A stretch of DNA of 40,745 bases from Octopus sinensis (lineage: Eukaryota), in the NCBI RefSeq assembly GCF_006345805.1, contig NW_021835382.1:1-40745 (forward strand). Reading direction: 5' to 3'. The notes beneath the pieces were generated by a model, which had not been told where the DNA came from, did not search any database, and saw nothing but the letters and a program-made list of their open reading frames with translations. Position numbers and translations under genes: made by a program. Positions 35,056 through 40,745 of this stretch are shown here, one piece after another. Position 1 is the stretch's first letter, and each line of letters starts with the position of its first letter.

Positions 35056-35210
35056 ATATATTATATTATAGGAAAAATCAAAACCAAGGCAGAACAAGTA
35101 TCTCAAGTCATTTAGAATAATTTAATTAAGGTTACCCTAAAAAAATAATGCTAAATGACTTGAGCTACTCGTTCTGCTTTGGTTTTGATTTTTCCTCTAA
35201 TATAATATAT
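35056..35210. repeat. Long inverted repeat (46-bp core arms 35070-35115 and 35151-35196, 35-nt spacer); MITE-like or fold-back
   Basis: aggaaaaatcaaaaccaaggcagaacaagtatctcaagtcatttag vs the reverse complement aggaaaaatcaaaaccaaagcagaacgagtagctcaagtcatttag (3 mismatches); extends about 14 bp into the AT flanks. Confidence 0.92.
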
Positions 35211-35391
35211 ATATATATACTATAGATGGATGTGTATGTATACACACACATACATACATATGTGTGTGTGAGTGTATGTATGAACATGTGTGTGTTTATG
35301 TTTGTGAGTATGTCTCTCTCTCTATTTCTTTCCCCCATCTGTAGAGGCAAAGAAAATAAACATCAATGCAAAACCTGAGAAACCAATCATT

Positions 35392-35500
35392 GTCATTGTC
35401 ATCATTTAGTATCCTTGTTCCATGCTGGCATGGGTTGGACAGTTAAGCAGAATTCAATAAGTCCAAAGACTGTATTATGCTCCAATGTCTGTTCTGGCAC
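35392..35500 (-). mobile_element. (GAT)n-tailed RTE-type 3' end
   Basis: tcatcattt...ttccatgctggcatgggttggacag. Confidence 0.7.
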
Positions 35501-36600
35501 CATTTCTCATACCAAGCATTTTACAGTGTGTACAGGGTGCATTTTTTATGGCAGAAACACAGTTCCATCTGGCACAAATTTTGTGGAGCAAATTGCATTT
35601 TTCAGATAATGATTCCACATCAAATGAGCATAATCTCTTGCCACTTATGGCAGTCTTTTATCATCCCTTTTAGGATGTTTAGCTTCTTAAGATCAGCTTT
35701 CACCACTTTTTCCCCAAGTCTTCTTTGTTATTATTCTAATACATACTTCTTCCACTTGCATTGCTTGACACTTATTTACCCAATTCTGTTATTTTTCTTA
35801 TGCATCCCATATCTAGCTCAATTTTCTAATACCAACCACACTAAATTCCTCATTGAACCCTTTTCTAATTTTCACCTTGCAGACAGCATTTTGCTATAAG
35901 GCTTATATGGCTCTTATAAGTCATACATCTAGTATGATATTCTATCAAACCCTTTGGATCAACAAATGTTAAGTGTAATAGTTTGTTCTATGAAATCAGT
36001 AATAATCATCATGGCTTAGATCTCCCCATGAGTTTGATGCTTCTTTTAGAATGACCCCTTTATGTACTACCTGCTTGACTTGGCAAGTACCTAGCATGCA
36101 TCCTACTTTCCTCGATATTTTGTCTTTCTCAACAACTATCATTGGTAGTCCAGCCATTTTCTTTATCTTTATATCTTTCATAGTTGTACTGATGATATGC
36201 CTGTTAGTTTAAATAGCTGGTCTCTCTGCTGAGTGAACTTGGGATAATCCATGTATAATCCTTTCTACTAAAGGCACAAGACATGAAATTTTGTGAGGGA
36301 CTAGACAATTACATCAACCCCAAAAGGCACAGTCGACCCTGGTGGCATTTGAACTTAGAACGTAGCAGCAGACGAAATACTGCTAAGCATGTATAATAAT
36401 GATAGTTCTCAGTGAGTACATTTACTAATGCAGTCTTTCATTTTTAAGGCAGAAGGTTGTGATTTGATGTAGCATTAGCTACCATTTCTAGCAGGTCAAC
36501 CTGCCATATAAAGGATCTTTTATTTGTGGTGGTTTACTCTACTAATTTTGCTCTGATTAAGCAGACTTTTGATAAAAGGTGTTCAAGCCATGGTCTTTCG

Positions 36601-37015
36601 TACATCAGAGTACAAGGGGCCAGCAGGGTGTTGTACTTTCAAGCATTGGGAACAACCACACACAGTTCACATCTTTATCTGCCACTATGTGTGAATGATA
36701 CTGTGTATCTGTGTGTGTGTGCACTCATGTGCATGTATGTGCGTGCAAGTGTGTATGCATATACTTAAATAAACACACTCACATATTTTGTATATCAGAG
36801 AGTACAAGAACTAGTAGGGTGTTGTACTTTCTGGCATTAGCTGCTATGTCAGGCATTGAGAACAACCACTCAGAGTTCACATCTTTACCACTATGTGTGA
36901 ATGATAATTACTGCGTGTATGTATGTGTGTATCCGTGTGTGTGTATGTGTGTGCACTCATGTGCGTATGTGTGTGCAAGTGCGTAAGCATATACTTAAAT
37001 AAACACATTCACATT
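36601..37015. repeat. Diverged tandem duplication of about 190-220 bp
   Basis: gagtacaag...agggtgttgtacttt...gaacaaccac...agttcacatcttta...ccactatgtgtgaatgata...gcactcatgtgc...catatacttaaataaacaca occurs twice. Confidence 0.9.
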
Positions 37016-37196
37016 TGGTCACACAGACAAATATGTATGAGAGGTTAATGTATGCAACATAAATACTTGGTATTTATGTAAAAAAGTCTAACAGCAGAAT
37101 TATCCTAAAACAACAAACAGACAAAAGTTTTGTGCCATGAGTCATATTGGTTAACTAGCATCCATCAGGAGGAGAGAAGTGTGTATATGTGTGTAC

Positions 37197-37232
<36 letters not shown>

Positions 37233-37566
37233 TATGTGTGTGAAAGGAGGATGATAAAGAGGTAGTAGAAATGAGACTAAAAAGAAAGACATAGAAAACA
37301 TTAAAGAGAGTAATATTGGATTCCATTACTACCTCCACTATAGATAATGTAAAAACTACCAAAGAAAAACAATGAAAAGAAGAGGGGAGAGAGAAAGAGA
37401 GAGACAGACAGAGAGAGAGAGAGAAAGAGAAAGAGAGAATGAAGTATTAGAAGAGCAGAGTGGAGAAAAATACAGGATGTAGTCATAGCTTACATTTACT
37501 CCCATAATGCATCAACTGTAAATAGCACAGCAGCCACACATACACTAAGACACAGGATAATATATT

Positions 37567-37608
<42 letters not shown>

Positions 37609-37689
37609 GCAGACACGGTATACACATATGATGTGAGCATGTGTTTTACACAACCATATAAATATAAATGTTTTTCCATATGTATCTTT

Positions 37690-37890
37690 CATCTTTTACT
37701 TGTTTCAGTCATTAGACTGTGGCACTGCCTTGAAGAATTTTTAGTCAAATGAATTGACCCATGAACTTATTACTTTTTTAAAAAAATATTGGTACATATT
37801 CTAGTGGTCAATTTTGCTGAACTACTAAGTTACAGGGATGTAAACACTAATATTGGTTGTTAAGTGTTGGGGAGGGACAAACACAGACAA
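37690..37890 (-). mobile_element. 3' half of the SINE family at 24568
   Basis: cttttacttgtttcagtcattagactgtggc is the reverse complement of the tail. Confidence 0.7.
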
Positions 37891-37916
37891 AAAGACACAC
37901 ACATAAATATATATAT

Positions 37917-38220
37917 GGAAGCGCAATGGCCCAGTGGTTAGGGCAGTGGACTCGCAGTCGTAGGATCACAGTTACGATTCCCAGACCAGGCACTGTGAGT
38001 GTTTATTGAGCGAAAACACCTAAAGCTCCACAAGGCTCCAGCAGGGGGTGGTGGCGATCCCTGCTGTACTCTTTCGCGTCAACTTTCTCCCTCTTTCTTC
38101 TGTTGGCCTGCTCACTTAGCCAGTGGAGTGGCGTCATTTGAAGGCTAAAACACTGCGAAGCACATTGTGACCAGCAATGTGTAGCAACATCTGATAGCCT
38201 GGTCTGCAACAGTGATCACC
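37917..38220 (+). mobile_element. tRNA-derived SINE, apparently full length
   Basis: Pol III box A TGGCCCAGTGG 37927-37 and box B GTTACGATTCC 37971-81, followed by a non-tRNA body, so not a tRNA gene. Confidence 0.85.
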
Positions 38221-38347
38221 GACATATATGTGTGTGTGTGTGTATGTGTGTGTATATATATATTATGTCTGACATAAGTATATATGTCTGGACATACATA
38301 TATGTTCAGACATATATGTGTGTGTGTGTATGTGTGTGTGTGTGTGT

Positions 38348-38387
<40 letters not shown>

Positions 38388-40015
38388 TGTATAGTTGAAA
38401 TTTACAGAAAAACAAAAGATGAAGACAGGTGTATGAACAACAAGGAGGTTTGATGCTCAGAAAAGTGAGGAAGTCTTTTATATTTTGAACTAATACTCTT
38501 CAACGGAAAGGAATAAAAGAAAATAAATAGAGCAAGAATAAAAAAGAATGTGTGGGTTTAGCAATCAAGCATAGCAACTGGTTGAGAGAAAAATGGTTTG
38601 ACAGAAGAGGCAGAAAGAAGGTGAGATAATAAAGTATTGGTGATCCCAAAATGAAGGTGCGCATGCATGTGTGTATGTGAGAATGTGTGTGTATGTGTGT
38701 ATGGATAGGGGCTAGTGATTTTGACATGTGTTCATGTGTGTGTGCTTCTGTAATGTGTGGGTATGTGGATGATCATGTGTGGGTATGTGGATGATCTTGT
38801 GTAGGTGTGCAGATGATGGTGTGTGGTATGGGTGCTGGGAAGTGGTTTAGTCAGTGCTAGCGTGTGTGGATTGGTGTGTGGAGTGGTGTGAGGTGATGTG
38901 GTGGTGCGGTATGGAGTGGTAGTGTGGTGTGAGAGGTGTGGGGTAGGAGTAGGGTGTGTGGAGGGAGTATGAATAAAGAGAAACAGTGGGTAAGAGTGAA
39001 GAGAGGAAGTAGGTGTCAGATGAAGAGAGGAGGGGTTGAGCCCATGTGGCAAAAAGGAGCAAAAGAGAGAAAATTCCTGTTCATGGTGAAGTCAGGAGTC
39101 TGGATGGCCACTGTGCAAAGACAATCCAAGCACAGAGGTGTTGTAATGGATGATTGGTAGAGCGGAAATGGTGCGAGATCAGGGTGTCATTGCCAAGTCT
39201 GATGTCTTTGAGGTATTCAATGAACCAGTCAGCCAAGTGGCATCCCGTTTGACTGATGTACAGAGAAGGGCCAAAAGAGAAGGAGATGCTGTAAATGATG
39301 TTGCTAGAAGTGCAAGTAAAGGAGTTGGTGATATGAGAGGGATGAAGATGGGTGCCTGTGAGGATGGTAGTGTTGGAGAAGTAGGGGCAAGTGCAGTAGC
39401 ATGGGTTGGAGCAGAAGAACGAGCCAGGTTGGGAGGTGGGGTTAGGGAATAAACTGTAGATCAGGAGGTCATGCAGGTTGTGGGCACATTTGAAGGTGGG
39501 AAGGGGTAGGTTGGGCAAGATATGTGAGGCAGAGGGGCAGACTGGAGTTGCTAGAAGGCTCAGAGAATGGTGCATTGGAGGGGCAGAATGGAGGAGTGGT
39601 AGGTGAGGGAAAACAAGAGAAGGCAATGGCAGGATGGGTGCGGGGAGAGAGAGTAGAGGCACAGTCTACAGAACGTGCTTTGGGAAGGGCTGTGTGAATA
39701 GTGGTGGGGGAATATCCATGAAAGATGAAGTGGCAAGTCATGAGTTGAGACTTAGTCTCGAAGGCTTGGTTGTTACTGCAGAGCCTGTGCAGATGGAGGA
39801 ATTGGGGGTAGGGGATGGAGAGCTTGCTTTGGGTTGAGTCAGTGTGTTTGTAGTGGATGGAGATTGTGAGAATAGAGTGGTGTATTTTGACCAAAATGTC
39901 AAGAAATGTGACGGAAGTGTTGGAAATAGTGCAGGATAATTTGAGGGCAGGATGGAAGGATTGGAGAAAAGAGAGGAAAGAGTCTAGTTGTTTGCAGGGG
40001 AGTGATGTCACACCG
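38388..40015 (-). mobile_element. Penelope-like element, 5'-truncated: RT thumb region, Cys-rich linker, GIY-YIG endonuclease, terminal repeat
   Basis: FLSFLQSFHPALKL..SVTFLDI..IHYKHTD..SIPYPQFL.LHRLCS; GSFFCSNPCYCTC (Neptune-type Cys linker); FTCTSSNIIY...LYISQTG..LAD.F.EYL.DI...ISHHF. The terminal segment 38388-38560 recurs solo at 15200. Confidence 0.88.
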
Positions 40016-40209
40016 ATACAGTCATGTATAAATAAATAAATATGAATGCCTTTTTTCCTGAATTATGGACTCTTAAACGGTTTACACACACATACACATA
40101 TATACACAAGAGGCAGAAAGGGAAAAGAACTGAGCCCAGTACTGGATTCATACTTCATTTGTTGGCTCTGAAAGAATGTAAAGCTATCATGGTCTTAACT
40201 ATACAGCTG

Positions 40210-40335
40210 AACAAGTGTGGCTGTGTGGCTGAAAAGCTTGCTTCCCAACCAAGTGATCTTTTGTTCAGTCCCAAGCAGCACCAAGGGCAATGCCTTGTGA
40301 GTGGATTTAGTTGATGGAAACTGAAAGAAGCCAAC
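40210..40335 (+). mobile_element. 5' half of the SINE family at 24568
   Basis: gtggctgtgtgg...agcttgcttcccaacca...gttcagtccca...ccttgtgagtggattt...ggaaactgaaagaagcc. Confidence 0.7.
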
Positions 40336-40745
40336 TGTTTCATATATAGTTTATAGATTCAATGAAGGTAGAATCAACAAAAAAAGTACTTCCTCCAGTG
40401 GTAAATATCAGTTTAATTCACAGCTGAAAGAGCTACTAATAGTTTCATGCTTTTATGATACTTTAAATAGTCATATTTATAAAATATGCCATGTATCTTC
40501 AAACAATCTTTCAGACTCTGCTTCACTGTTATATATATATTCTAAAATGAGAAAAGAAGAAAAAATGTGAAATAAAAAATCACGAAGAAAGTTGATGCAA
40601 AAAATGGAACGAGAAGAAACAAAATCAAGAAAACTAAGATCTCCATCCTCTCTGATTGCAGAAACCTGAATACAGCTGGTATAGAACAAAATAACTGGGT
40701 GTGAGACCTGGAAAGGGCAGTACTGCCAGGAATAGCGATAACAGG

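Noticed and set aside
37917-37990. tRNA gene
   Set aside because: Boxes A and B are present but no acceptor-stem closure or T-run terminator follows; it continues into a SINE body.
40480-40560. Possible short minus-strand exon (acceptor at about 40553, EYIYNSEAESERLFEDTWHIL*)
   Set aside because: Short, supported only by a pyrimidine tract plus AG in AT-rich DNA; cannot be distinguished from chance.

Overview
AT-rich animal genomic DNA that looks like a coleoid cephalopod (Octopus-like). That assignment is inferred from the repeat families and microsatellite style, not proven. Most of the window is (TA/CA)n microsatellite and transposon debris: three copies of one CR1-group LINE (one nearly complete, 5191-8511), a HERO-like and an R4-like restriction-endonuclease LINE, RTE fragments, a Penelope-like element (RT plus GIY-YIG), four or five Tc1/mariner remnants and several tRNA-derived SINE families. 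One convincing host coding exon lies on the minus strand (23510-22721; MG-x-x-x-S-K plus polybasic N-terminus, GTGAGT donor; product not recognised). The most notable signal is not in the ORF track: a same-strand cluster of type I hammerhead ribozyme motifs in short unique islands between (TA)n tracts. One has a perfect core (11824-11897), one is near-perfect (12302-12380) and one is degenerate (13512-13562). The first two have palindromic stem III and unusually long AU-rich stem II inserts. A related non-canonical minimal hammerhead-like motif marks the terminus of the Penelope-like family (15273-15310, 38473-38512). Element boundaries are hand-read and approximate (about 10-30 nt) unless given to the base. 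The many I/Y/M/C/V-rich ORFs are microsatellite artefacts.
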